Shown here piece after piece: positions 50,453-62,596 of a stretch of DNA of 64,000 nt. The position numbers were made by a program, and so were the translations under genes. Origin of the DNA: Macrostomum lignano (Eukaryota); assembly GCA_002269645.1 (NCBI GenBank), contig NIVC01000625.1, forward strand, positions 308,879 to 372,878, in the 5' to 3' direction. Positions within the stretch are counted from its first letter, which is position 1. Each line of letters begins with the position of its first letter. Below the pieces are notes generated by a model, which was not told where the DNA came from, did not search any database, and saw only the letters and a program-made list of their open reading frames with translations.

Positions 50453-50987
50453 CTCATGCTTCATCTCTCTTTTGACTTGATTTTCTAAACACCAAGGTAA
50501 GTTTTTCTTCATGACGTTAAGCCCCATGCACAGGCGCGTCAGTAAAATGGTGCAAATTGAAGCCTTCACTGGCTTTGCCCCGTTCTTCGCCTAATGTGAA
50601 TAATAAAGTCAGAACAAAATGCAGGAACAGTTCTTATTAAGGTAAAGTAAACGACCAATGCCCTCAAGATCAGGGCGAATGCCTGCAGTATATTGTTAAT
50701 GATTTCAATGCCAGCAGTTTACAATGATTTCAATGCGAATGCAGTGCTGGCTGCTGTGCAACCTGTAAATCTGGAGTAAATGCAAGCAGTACTAATGAGC
50801 TACTAAATCAGACAGTCATTCATAATACAGGTGGGCAATGTACTAGATCGCAGTATAACAATAAAAGCTATCAACTTAGCTCAAAGCATACTCATACATG
50901 TACATGCAGGTCAGTGAGACCCAAAGTACATGCCACTGTTCTCAACTGTCATTTCGAGTTAAGGCAGTTGCCATGACAACCGGCACA

Positions 50988-51788
50988 TCACTTAGCCCCA
51001 TTCTGCAGCTCGGCAGGCTTGTCGATCTCCATGGGGACATCCTTGAGCTGCGGCTTCTCCTTGGCGGGCGGAGCCTCGAACGGCGCCTCGATGCAGAGCC
51101 GGCCGTCCTGGCTGAGCTTGCTGGCCACCTGGTCCAGCTTGGTGCCGGCGGGCAGCTGGAACTCTCTCTCCAGCCGCTTGTGGATCCGCTGCCCGTTCGA
51201 CTCGTCCTTGTGCTCAGCCTCGACTCGCACGCAGTCGCCCTGCTGCTTGATGCGGATCTCGTCTGGCTTGAACTCGCGCACCGACAGCTCCGCCTTGAAC
51301 CGCTTGCTGCCGTCGCTGGCCTCCACCAGCTGGCCGGACTGCAGGTCGCCTCGCAGCAGACTGCGCAGCTCGTCCCACACCGAGTCCTGCTGCTGCTGCT
51401 GCTGCTTGAGCTGCTGCTCCTTGAACGGCGCCTTCAGCACCAGCATGCCGTCCTGGGTGAAGCCGCTGCTCAGCTTCTCAGCGTCCACCTCCTCCGGCAG
51501 CTCCACCGTCCGCTTCACCTCCGTCGAGTCCTCGCCGTTTTCGAGCCGAGCCACCACGCGCACCTTCCGGTCCTCTCGCTTCACCGACACGTCCTTCGGG
51601 GGGAAGCCGCGAAGGTCGACAGTCCGGCTCCACTGCCGAGGTCGCCTCGGACCCCGGTGGCGTAGCAGCTGCACCAGCGGGTCGTACTCGGGCGTCAGCC
51701 AGTCGTCCAGCTCGCTCATGGCTGCCGCAAGCGGCAGGGCGTGCGAGAACGGCGTGTACACGTTGCTTGGCGCGATCCAGAGCGACAT
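50988..51788 (-). CDS. Small heat-shock protein, copy 2 (protein identical to copy 1, inverted)
   Basis: The ORF-track translation is identical to 47708..48508, and the gene sits in the mirror arm of the palindrome. Confidence 0.92.
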   Translation of the reverse strand: MSLWIAPSNVYTPFSHALPLAAAMSELDDWLTPEYDPLVQLLRHRGPRRPRQWSRTVDLRGFPPKDVSVKREDRKVRVVARLENGEDSTEVKRTVELPEEVDAEKLSSGFTQDGMLVLKAPFKEQQLKQQQQQQDSVWDELRSLLRGDLQSGQLVEASDGSKRFKAELSVREFKPDEIRIKQQGDCVRVEAEHKDESNGQRIHKRLEREFQLPAGTKLDQVASKLSQDGRLCIEAPFEAPPAKEKPQLKDVPMEIDKPAELQNGAK

Positions 51789-51909
51789 TGTGGCGAATTC
51801 GCTTGATTGTTGAACGCTTCGAGTGCTTTGCTTGGTTTGCTTGGATTGCTTTCGATTGGCTTGTTTGCTTGCTTTGCAACTTGACTCTTCGAGAATCAGC
51901 CTGTCGCGC

Positions 51910-51981
51910 TTATATAGACTGCGCGGTTGGAAGTTTCTAGAAGTCTTGTGTCACTGACTTGATTCTGGAAATTTCTAGAAA
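51910..51981 (-). promoter_or_regulatory. TATA box, 3-unit HSE and 4-unit HSE, sHSP copy 2
   Basis: Mirror images at 51910-51916, 51929-51943 and 51962-51981. Confidence 0.88.
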
Positions 51982-52367
51982 TGGGGCTGTTTTTTCACAA
52001 AATACGATAAAATGATCGTATTTCTACTTACAGTAGATTAAATGCGCATGTTGTTTTTGACTTTTCTATTTATTATGGAGTTTTGTATAATTAAATTTTC
52101 TTCTGTATACTTTAATATAAAAGACCAAAATTTTGAGAAAGTTTAATAAGACTGCGATACGATGAATGTCTGTTGTTTTTTTAACATAGATTATTCAAGT
52201 TGTCCAATCGTTTCTGGGTAACTTCTAGACGCCTTTCCGAACCCCGTTCTCTCCGAGCGGACTCAAAATTCTCAGCTGCAGCTACTGCAGCCACCCTCCC
52301 AGTCCTTGGTGCGTACTTTCTTTACAGCATTTTTAAAGAACTGTTTTGAAAATTATAGAAATTAACT

Positions 52368-52387
52368 TTTCAGGAACTTTCTTGAAA
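52368..52387. promoter_or_regulatory. Additional perfect 4-unit HSE outside the palindrome arm
   Basis: tTTCa gGAAc tTTCt tGAAa. Confidence 0.75.
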
Positions 52388-53351
52388 TAGGATAGTTTTC
52401 TCGGGAAATACGATTAAATGATCGCATTTCTACTTACAGTAGAGGAAATATACAATGCGCTTATTTTTCTTTTGCGGGTGATTATCATACAAATTTTGGG
52501 AAAACGAATAGTGCGAAATTTTGGCAAAGGCTTCGAAAAGTACACTTTGATGAGGAATATTAATCCTAGTACGACAGATTGGCGGGTGCAAATGAGGCAT
52601 TCACCAGTCCAACGCATGCCACGCGTACGAGTTAAACAAGAGCGTAATTTATTTAGCATATAAACTACAGCAACCCGAGCTTCACACATGCAACAGATGC
52701 AGCAAATGTTTATCACCAAAGATTGACAATCTTAATGCACGTTTCCGAATTTCCTGTATCGATTTAAACAAAATGCTAAGCGCGAATTTAAAATATATCA
52801 GCGGCTTAAGCTGAGTCATGTTGCGGAGGATAATAAACCGGCTGTTGATCGCGCTTGAGCGATTTTATCAACCTCACAGACGGTGGCGGCCTGTCAGTGC
52901 GCGTGGCTGTCTTCTGTGAGCTCCTCATTATGGGAAATCGGGATGAAATGCAGATTTGCAGGGCCGTGAGGTGCAATTACCAATGCAGCTGGGGGCTTAT
53001 TGATTCAGCGCTGAAGGCGCCGCACTTCCCTTTCATTTAGCAAGTAGCTGATCATCTGACAGACAGCACAGGCTGGCTGCCCCATTGCTAAGCATGCCGT
53101 TCTTCCCCAGGCTCCCGGATGCACGCATCGAGAGCGTGTCAGCCGCTGGCGTGACGAGATGCGAATCAGCCAAGCCTTGCTGCAGTCCCAACTCGTTAAA
53201 AAAACAAAGAACAACACGAAAGGCTGATGGAAGCAGTTTTTATTGGGTAAATTATTTGAAAAGTTTACAGTAAGATTAACAATGTCTCTTCTTTGCTCAT
53301 TAAAAAGTCAATTAATTATCTGAGTAAGCAAGTCGGAAGAAATCTGGTAAC

Positions 53352-56300
53352 TTATTTTCGCGTCGGCGTTGACTTCTCAACGGGGCTCTTGTGAGACGAG
53401 CCCACCTTGGGCGAGCGGCCCTTTTTTGCGCGCTTGCCGCCGTCCTCCTTCTCGGCGGCAGTCTCGGCTTGCCCGGACGGGGCCCGCTTGGCAAACAGGC
53501 TGTCCAGCGAGTTGTGCCGCCTCAGCCCCATGAGGTGGCGGCAGCGGTCTGAGATGCCGTGGTAGGCCTGCTCAGCCAGCCGCTTGCCGCGCAGATGATC
53601 GTCTCTGACTACGAACACTTTGAACTCCGTCTCGGTGAAGACGAGGGCCACCTTCCCGGCGTGGCCGACAACCAGCTGGAAGTCCTTTTCTTCGTCATCC
53701 TCTCCGGAAGGAGTCTGACCCTGCTGCCTCTTCCGCAACCTGTGCAGGATGGACCTGCCGAGGACGGTGCCGCTGCCCGCAGAACCGTCGTTGCGAAGGA
53801 TGGTCAGCTCGTTCTGCGCCTTGTCCAGCACGACGATGAGCGAGCCGTCTCCGATGAACCGGGGAATCGTGTCCAGCTGCTGAGCGTCGGCACCATCCGG
53901 GGACAGGCTGAGCTGCTTGAGGGCGTCTCCACGGGTGGTGTCGTACAGGCGCAAGCTCTTGTCGATTCCGACCTTGCCGTCCCTAGTGATGTCCCGGATG
54001 TAGTCCTGCGTTGAGAAGGAGGAGATGACACAGGCTTTCTGAATGTCTACCTTAGCGTACTGGATCTCGTTCTCCTTGATGACGAATTGGAGCAGCACGA
54101 TGTTGGGACTTTCGTCCGGCACTAGCATGCCCTTGATCAGGGGGATTCTGGCGTACTCGTCGATTCCCTTCAACAGACTCGCCACATCAACCTCGTGCTG
54201 GACTCTCTCGAACAGCTTGCCCCCGAGCGTCTTGACGAAGCGGCCGTTTCTGCCGCAACAGATCACCAAGCGGCTGTTGGACTCAACAAGTTTTGACGCG
54301 ATGATCCTGTGCTCGAGATACGTCTGCTGAAGGAACTGGCCGGTCTGCAGGTCGTACGCGCTCAAAATGTCATTCGCTTCCGGCGACTCCCGCGTCCTGC
54401 TGGCGTGGTCCGGCTTCAGCGTGAGCAGCAGTCGGCTGGTGACGTGGCTCACGGCTTCTCCGGTGATGGAAATCTGGCTTACCAACTGCCCCGTGTCCGT
54501 GTCGTGCACCCGAATCACCTTCTGACCATACGGATCGCCCGGGCTTGGCCGCGGCTTTGCTGGCCTTCCCACTGTTGGCGTGGCCTCGATGTAGAGACCG
54601 CCGGTGAAGTAGTTCCTGTTCGGCAGCTCAGGCTTCCGCAGGTTTGCTCCCCTTTCCCGCGCCACGGCGCCGCCTCGGGCATCTGGCTGGCTTGAAAAGT
54701 CTTCAGTTGCTGACGCGCGCTTTGGCTTCTTGGCTTCAAAAATGAGAAGCAGCTTCTCTCCGTCCGGAGTGATCTTGCGCTGCACTGGAAAGCTGCCGAT
54801 AACCTCGGATTTGTGCGTCATGTCGTAGCTCAGGTAGCTGCCATTGTCCAGATTGAGGAAGGTGAAGTCGCAAAGATTCGGGTTGTTGTCATACAGAATG
54901 TTCAAGTCGGTGTGGTAGTAGGGGCTGTTCAACGCCGTGCCGTAGTAGGCAACCTGGGCCTCCACCTGAGTTGGACGATCACTGGGTGACTTCAGACTGC
55001 TTAGAGTGACCTGATTCGGCGTGACCAACAGGGTGAGTCGCTCCTTCACTACGTAGACATCTTCGATCCGGCTTCCAATACTGACCTGCTGGACGAGCTC
55101 TCCAGAGCTGCAGTTGAACAGGCGGACGGTGGTGTCGCTCTCGCTGTGCAGCACGAACTGGTACACGTGCGCGCCGTCCACGGAGAACCGGGTTACTGCG
55201 TTGGGCACCTGCGGCAACACGGCCTGAACAGTTTTCTGACTCAATGACCAGATTGTCTCCACTGTGCGAATGTCGTTGATGTTGTACTCAACAATGAGAT
55301 ACTTCTCATCGATAGACAGCATCATGTTGGTCACGGATGTGTGAGACTTGTATTTAGCGAACAGGCTCTTAAACTCGGGTCCAAGGTTTTCTTGCCTCTC
55401 TAAGCTGAACTCCATGGAAGGCGTCAGCTTCTTGATGTCGCGCTTGATGGCCTGGGCGATGTCGTAGCGCAAGACGAGTCCGAGGTTTTTGCAGCCAACG
55501 AACACAAACTCGGTGCGCGCGTTGGACAGCAGGCAGGTGGAATAGAGGTGGCAGGACAGAACGCAAACCTGGTCTCCTGTTGTTGTGTTGAGCAAGCGCA
55601 GGTTCGTCTCAACCTTACTTGAGTCGGTCTTCCAAGCTTTTGGCGCGATAATGTACTTGTCGTTGGGCGTGATCAGGAACGGCCAGTGGAAGTTCTTGAA
55701 CTCCAGGGCCGGTGACGCATTCGAGTGCTGGTAGACGCGCACTTTGCCATCCACGCGAAGCACAACGTAGCTTTTGGTCAGGTAAACAATTTTAGGTTTC
55801 TCCGAGGCTCTGAACTCCAGCTTGTTGTCAAAGGTGGCGGTGCTGAGGTTCAGAAACAAGTAGCCGCAGGTGTCCCTGTCAGAGACCCGCTTTTTATAGT
55901 AAAGCAGCATCTGCTCGTCAGTCTGCGGCATGTAGGTGATGCTCAAAAACTTGCTGCCATCGTGCTCGCCTAAGTTGAGGATCTGCGACTTCGTGGCGGA
56001 CTTCGCGTCCCACACGTAGAGGAACAGCTCGCCGTTGATGAGCAGCAGCGTGGCCAGGAATCGGTTGTCCGGCGACAGGGCGCACTGGATCGGAACGCTT
56101 GCGGGCCCCGGAAGTGGCACCTTGGTTTCGTCCATCTCCACTGGCGGAAATGAAGGCACAACCGGGCAGAGGCAGTTCACGCGGCTTCCCTGACTGTCGA
56201 TCTGCTGCAGCAGACCGGTGATGAGAACCTGTGAGCCGGCCAGGTGGCAGAGACGGCCGGACAGTTCGATTCCCATGAGGCTGAGGTCTTTCTCGATTAT

Positions 56301-59300
56301 TGGAGCGAGCAACCTGAGCAGAGAAATCAGCACCTCAACCTCCTGGTTTGCTCGAACCTCGTAGTTCTGGCGCAGAAAGTAGAACTCGGAGATCAAATCG
56401 TTTACGCTGAACGCGTTGAGCTTGGCGTACAAGTAATCAAAGTTGAAGAGGCAGGAGCGGTACAGGTCGGACACTTTCTCCCCCTTGAGGAGACTGTAAG
56501 TGAGCTCGCTCAGCTTCCTGTTGTTGCTCACGGAAAGATCGCGTCCACTCCACATGAAGGACTGGTACAGAGCCACTCGGTCCACGTTGACGCTTTTGGA
56601 CTCATCGCCGTCTGTCTGAGACTTTTCAAAAAGCGGCTTCGCCTTGGCCCCGGCCCAGCGACCGCTCCAGTACTCGGCGAGCTGCTGGCTGACCTGCACG
56701 CCGAACTCCTTGTTGAGCTGGTAGTAGTCTGTCACAGCTGAGCGGAGGACATCGTGTGCCCACGTGTACACCAGTCGGTCATCCAGCTGCACCCGGATCA
56801 GGTAGAGCTCGACGTCGTCCAGAAATGCCGTGATGATCCCCATGGGGACTCGGTAGAAGTTCGAGTGCTTGGCGTCGAACCCGGAGTCTACAGCGACAGA
56901 ATTGTCCAGGCTGAGGACATCCTGCAGCTCCGGGAGCGACAGGCCAAAGCGCGAGCAGCTGATGTACGACAGAATGCTCTTCACTACCCACAGGCCGTGC
57001 TTCTGCTCAAGCTGCTCCAGGCGTTTCATAAAGACGAGCTTGACTCGGTCGGGCAGCTTGTCTTCGCGGCAGGGCAGGACATCGGCCAGGATGATTGTGT
57101 ACAGCGGATACGAGTTGTTCTGCAGCAGCGAGTTCGCCAGCTCGCGGTTCTTGTCGCCGATGGCTTTTCCTTTGGCCGCCAGGATGCTGGGAAACTCCTT
57201 GATGGCCGCGGATGGGACGACGCCGGTCAGCGTCAGGGAGCTGCTGTCGTCAAAGCGGCGCTTGAAATTGGTGAGGAAACTTTCGCTGCCGGCCGTCACC
57301 AGCACTTTGACGTTGGCCGGCAGCCGGTGCGGCAGCCAGCGGAACAGCTCGGTGTGGCTCTGCGGGTACAGAAGGTCGATGTCGTCCAGCACGATCAGCA
57401 GCTGCTTCTTGAAGCCGGGAAGCTGCAACGCCCGCGTGAAGTCGTACACGACCTGGGCGTACTCGCAGCTAGGCGCGAACTGTCTCCTGGCGTGGAAGTA
57501 GATTTCCTGCGTGACGCTGGCGATGATCTGCTGCAGCGTGCAGGACAGAGTGGTTCGCCCGCAGCAGCGCTTGATGATCACCAGATTGTCGTCAGTCATC
57601 TGGTCAATCAGCTGCTTGATGATGGCGGTCTTGCCTGAGCCGTGGTCGCCGTAAAGAAGGCCGGGCAGCTGAGACTTGGAGGCCACGTAGTTCTGCAGGA
57701 TTTTGAGCTCCCGGTCTCGGCTGAACACGGGCGGACGGACCCGCTGGCCTGCCAAAACGGCGCTGTGCGTCTCGATCTCCATCGGCAGCGGCAAGGCCAG
57801 GAACTCGTGTCTGCCGCAGAATTTCATCACGTGATTCTTCAGCTTTTCAAAGGTCTGCTTGGCAAAGATGGTCAGGTAGGTTGTGGCCTTCATGTCCTTG
57901 CTGGCCAGCGGGGTCTCGGCCAGCTTGCTGACCACGTTCGACTTGTTCCGCTGCACCAGCTTGTACTCGGACAGCATGGCGGACGAGATGGAGAATCGAA
58001 CGTAGTTCTCCTTGGGCAGGCGCTGCAGGAACTCCTCGCGCAGCTGCTGCACCTTCTCGTTGCTCGACTGGCTGAATCGACCGAATGCGTCCAGGTCGAG
58101 GAACTGCTCCTTCAGCTCCGGGTCCTCGGTGGCGCCCCATTCGCGGACGTCTTTCAGCACTCGGGCAAAGGCGATGCACTGATCAATGGGTTTCTTGTCC
58201 GTCCTGAGGTACTTCAGGTAGTGCTCAACGGCTGCAAGTCAGGGTTCAGGGTTCAGTTTTTTAGTTAGATTTTAGTTAGAGGCAGGTCGCTGTGTGCACC
58301 CTGGCGCACTTTAGGCGACATTGTCGCACAACCGGCGAGAGGCATTGCTGCCCATTCCGCCGACCCCCCTGAGCAGGCACACAAGCGCGCGGATACGTAC
58401 GCAGTCATACGCAAAGGCACACACTCGCGCAGGAGTGTACAGCGGCCCTAACTTTATTTATCGTTAGGAATGTGCACTTCACTGTGCCTTGGGGGTTGGC
58501 CATCAAGGCCGTTAATTGCACTCGAAATCGAGACAGCTCAGCTAGGCCCCCGTTCGCGATTCGGCTTACGAGGAACGAAAAGAGCGTCGACCTGGTCCTG
58601 CGTCAGCGTTCCGTCGCCCACCGCCTCGCTGGCGACCTGCGGCAGTCGCTGGCGAAGGCTCTCGGCCAGGTCGGGCGCCGCGCCCTGCAGTTTGTAGCTC
58701 AGGTCCGACTGCTTGGCGTACAGCTTCTGGAAGCTCGTCCACAGCGGGTCATTTTTCTTTTTCAACCCGTTGAGAAAGGCGGCGAACTCCGGCTCGCTCA
58801 GCTGGGGCGGGAGCTTTGAGTTGCCGAACTTCTCGCCCACGAGCACCTACGATAGGGAAGTGGGCAGGCAGTGCAGTTGTGAGTAGGCGAGCTGCAAGCA
58901 CAGAGTAGTGCTGAGGAATCCCTGTCTGCTCAAGAGTTGATCCTGATCACCCTAGAACGAGTCCTGATCACCAATAACCTGTCCCGATTACCGCACGAGT
59001 CCCAATTACCCAAGAACCGGTCCCAATTACCCAAGAACCCGTCCCAATTACCCAAGAACCGGTCCCGATTACCCAAGCACCTGTCCCGATTACCCAAGCA
59101 CCAGTCCCGATTACCCAAGAACCGGTCCCGATTACCCAAGCACCAGTCCCGATTACCCAAGCACCAGTCCCGATTACCCAAGAACCGGTCCCGATTACCC
59201 AAGCACCAGTCCCGATTACCCAAGAACCGGTCCCGATTACCCAAGAACCGGTCCCGATTACCCAAGAACCGGTCCCGATTACCCAAGCACCAGTCTCGAT

Positions 59301-59834
59301 TACCCAAGCACCAGTCCCGATTACCCAAGCGCCAGTCCCGATTACCCAAGCACCAGTCCCGATCACCAGTCCCGGTCACGGATCAAGAATCACTCTGCCA
59401 GGCAGACTCACCAGAGCCGCGGGCCCATCGCTGGTGTCGAAACAGTCGTCGCTGTCCCGCAAGCAGTCGCGGGATGACCTCTTGGGCAGTTTGACCCCGG
59501 CAGAGCTTTGCAGCGGGTCGATGAGCTGTTGGAGGGGGGATTTTGAGCCCAGATTGAGCTGAGGCAATCACAATCAAGGCCCATCCAGAATTGAAATCTC
59601 ACCAGAAAGTCGGTAGAAAATGTCTCGATACAAAACTTTCTCAGCTGAGGCGTGACCACGTTCTGCAGGATGGACTTCTCCACTTCGAACTCTGAAATGT
59701 TGCGGAGGGGGGCTGCAGTGGCTGGGGGGGGTCCTTGGCTCAGCAAAAGAATGCAGCTGACTGGAGCTGAACCAACCTCCTTCGTTGGAGAACAAGAAGA
59801 CGCGGACCTCCCGCCTGAGCTTCTTGCTGGCCAT
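53352..59834 (-). CDS. NWD1/NWD2-like STAND NTPase (N-terminal DUF4062-like domain, NACHT, divergent beta-propeller C-terminus), 5 exons, about 1805 aa
   Basis: Exons 59834-59777, 59691-59603, 59525-59412, 58846-58570, 58231-53352 with consistent phases. N-terminus EVRVFLFS...EKSILQNVVTPQLRKFC, VLVGEKFG, Walker A LYGDHGSGKT, Walker B LLIVLDDID, LFRWLP, and SCSRFGLSLPELQDVLSLD match the recalled NWD family pattern. Confidence 0.85.
58965..59365. repeat. 21-bp minisatellite, NWD intron 3
   Basis: CCCGATTACCCAAGAACCGGT / CCCGATTACCCAAGCACCAGT. Confidence 0.92.
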
Positions 59835-60947
59835 GGCAGCTGGCTGGGACCTGACGGGCAAGTCAGAGTTGCTTATTAGTTTTCGGCTTGAGAACTGCTC
59901 AGGAAAAGCAGCCTGTTTTGCTTGCTTAGCGCACTCGAGCATCTAACTGAGTATGAAGTAAGCGACGGCTGCGGTTGAGATAATGGGGCGCTCTGTCGGC
60001 ATGGCGACTCACCCTGCCCCCCCCCCCAGACCCCGCTAGTCTCGTCTTACAGCTCGCCTCTTTGCTCATTTTGCGGGCTCAGATTCTTCTGTATAACAAA
60101 AGCAATTGTATCTGAGTGAGTGCTCAGGCTGCCCGGCGAGTGCACAGCTCGCTCAGCTTGGGACCCCTCCTGCACTGCCTTCATTGCGCTCGCCGGGGTG
60201 GGGCCTGAGAATTTCAAACCTATTGAGCTGTGCGCTCAAATTGAGCAGCAAAATCGAATGGTGCAGCTGAATCCCATCGAGAGCTGGGACTTTGTTTGCA
60301 CCGGCGGGGCGACGGCTCTAGGGAAATCTCGATGATGAAGCTAGCGGGAGGCTGGGATAAAGTTCGGAGGGGGGAGGGAATGTCGCACTACCGCAGGGGA
60401 TCTTGAGGCACTGTAGAAAATTGCTCGAGACCCTCATGGGACGGCAGCTTGGAGATATTTAAAACTCTGTCCCGGTCGCTGATCAACCGGATTGCCCCGG
60501 CAGGCAGGCGCAAGAAAGCCTGGATTGAAAGAGCAGTGCGATGGAGGCCAGAGCCTGACCCCGGAAGCGCGTTGCAATTTTGCTGGAACACGGGTGGGGC
60601 CTAGCAGGATACCTGGATAATTACTCCTTCATCTGTGTTTGCAATTTCCAGACGCGTGAAAGAGTCATTAATGAAAGCCGGCGGCGCAAGGGAAGCGCAA
60701 AGGGAGGCATAGGTGATGAAGCATTGCAGCAGCCGATTCTGCCGCAGATTCTGCGCAGAAGCATCTCCCGATCGGGGAAACGAGGGGGCTGTGGGGAGGG
60801 GGTCACCGGCCTCCCCAGACACTAGCAAACACCCAGAGTCGGAGCCTGAGATCGCAACTCCCCAGACTGCAGGTTTTCAGTTTACACACAAAGGCAAGGC
60901 GACTACATGTTACATTCTTGCAAAAACTTGGTCTCAGTTTTAAGCTC

Positions 60948-61280
60948 AGTGGAATCCCTCAGTGGAATCCCCTCGATGAAATCCCCTCAATGGAATCCCT
61001 CAATGGAATCCCTCAATGGAATCCCTCAATGGAATCCCTCAATGGAATCCCTCAGTGGAATCCCCTCAATGGAATCCCTCAGTGGAATCCCTCAATGGAA
61101 TCCCCTCAATGGAATCCCTCAATGGAATCCCTCAATGGAATCCCTCAATGGAATCCCCTCAATGGAATCCCTCAATGGAATCCCACAATGGAGTCCCTCA
61201 GTGTAATCCCTCAATGGAATCCTTCAGTGGAATCCCCTCTGTGGAATTCCCTCAGTGGAATCCCCTCTGTGGAATCCCAG
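60948..61280. repeat. 13/14-bp minisatellite
   Basis: GGAATCCCTCAAT variants. Confidence 0.9.
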
Positions 61281-62596
61281 ACGGTGGATTTTCTCAGCAT
61301 CACTCATCATTTCCTTTGTTGGGACGAAAGTTGAGCACTGCTAAGCTGATGAGCTGATCGATGTTTATTTATTCTCAAAAGATGAACAGAAAACTTGCCA
61401 CTAGAGGGGGAGAGGATGGCCACATTTAAAGTGCATGAATGTACGTGCTGTACGCAAGGTGCTCATGTACTCATATATCGTTTGAGCATTACATCTCTCC
61501 TCACTCGGATTAAATAATAAAGGGATAAAAGCAAAACATCATTTAAGGCTCATTCACACTGCCATCAATCGAGCCACCAAAGCACACGACCAATGTTTAA
61601 ATGAATCCAATTTGATGTACATATTGCGTGATCACACAGAATTTGGTCTTATTTGATGGCAGTGTGAACGAGCCTTCAGACTCGATGCCTCCTGGAGCCC
61701 GGCTCCGTGCAGTGCTCCGTCTGCGGGCTCGCCAGTCGCCTCTTCGACGCCTGTCTCAGCGGTTGACTCGGCCTGGCACTTACTTGACTCAGCTGCAGGG
61801 GTTCCGGGCATCCGGATGCAGCGAGGAGGCGTTGCCGCCCATTCTGCCAATCCCTGGCCACCACGGGCAGCTGGTGCTGACTCCATAAGTCGCTGAAAGC
61901 CCGACCGCCCGACCGCTAGCAACCGGGAAACTCCCCGGCTAAGAGCCCGGACGAACCAAAGGACCATCAGCGCGGTGCCACACTGGGCCCTTGAAAGGGG
62001 ACAGTAGGGCTGTTTCCGGAGCCTGCGGACTGGCCGCATACCCTGTTAAGGTCAGAGGGTGATACCTGTTCCTCAGAGCCGTGACCAGAGGTACCTGATG
62101 CACTACAGGTGCACTACGAGTGGAGCCCGTACCCAAAACGGCCAAGACAGAAGCCAAGGCCACGGATGGGTTGCCGCCGCCGGAGCCCAGTCAGTCCAGC
62201 AGCCCTGGAGCTGCCTTGAACACACGCGGACGGTGAACCCCAGGGTCGGCTTGCGAGTCAGCTTGGAGAGAGCTCGTCTACCGTAAGCCTGGTGTGTCTC
62301 ATGCTACACAGGCGTGTTGAGCCCACCATTGCATGCTGCAGCTCCGGCAGCTTCTTGACCTGGTTGGCGTGTCGTTGGCAGGGGCTCTCGCCACGCTGAA
62401 TGACCAGGGCGTCTCCGTGGACCTCGGCCTGGGAGCACTTCAGTTTGCAAGCAGGAAGTGTCTCCAGCTTCTGGCTCTGGGCCTCCTTGTCACTGGCTGG
62501 CCCCCTCGGACCAATCAGGGAGTTTTATCCTGATAGTTAAATTTTCTTTGAGGCAGCCATAGGGAGACAGCCGAGACCTGCTGCCCGCCTGCCGCC

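Larger units (their letters stand above)
47444..52052. repeat. Inverted duplication (palindrome) carrying both sHSP genes; arms about 47444-49400 and 50075-52052
   Basis: Arms are reverse complements (promoter/CDS position sum 99496). Two substitutions were seen in the 3' region (tattac/tagtac, gcctac/gcccac). A unique spacer lies at about 49774-50074. Confidence 0.95.

Noticed and set aside
61600-62500. GC-rich segment upstream of the GPCR as a decayed LINE reverse-transcriptase tail
   Set aside because: I found no RT or endonuclease motif in any frame I read; the resemblance is too weak.
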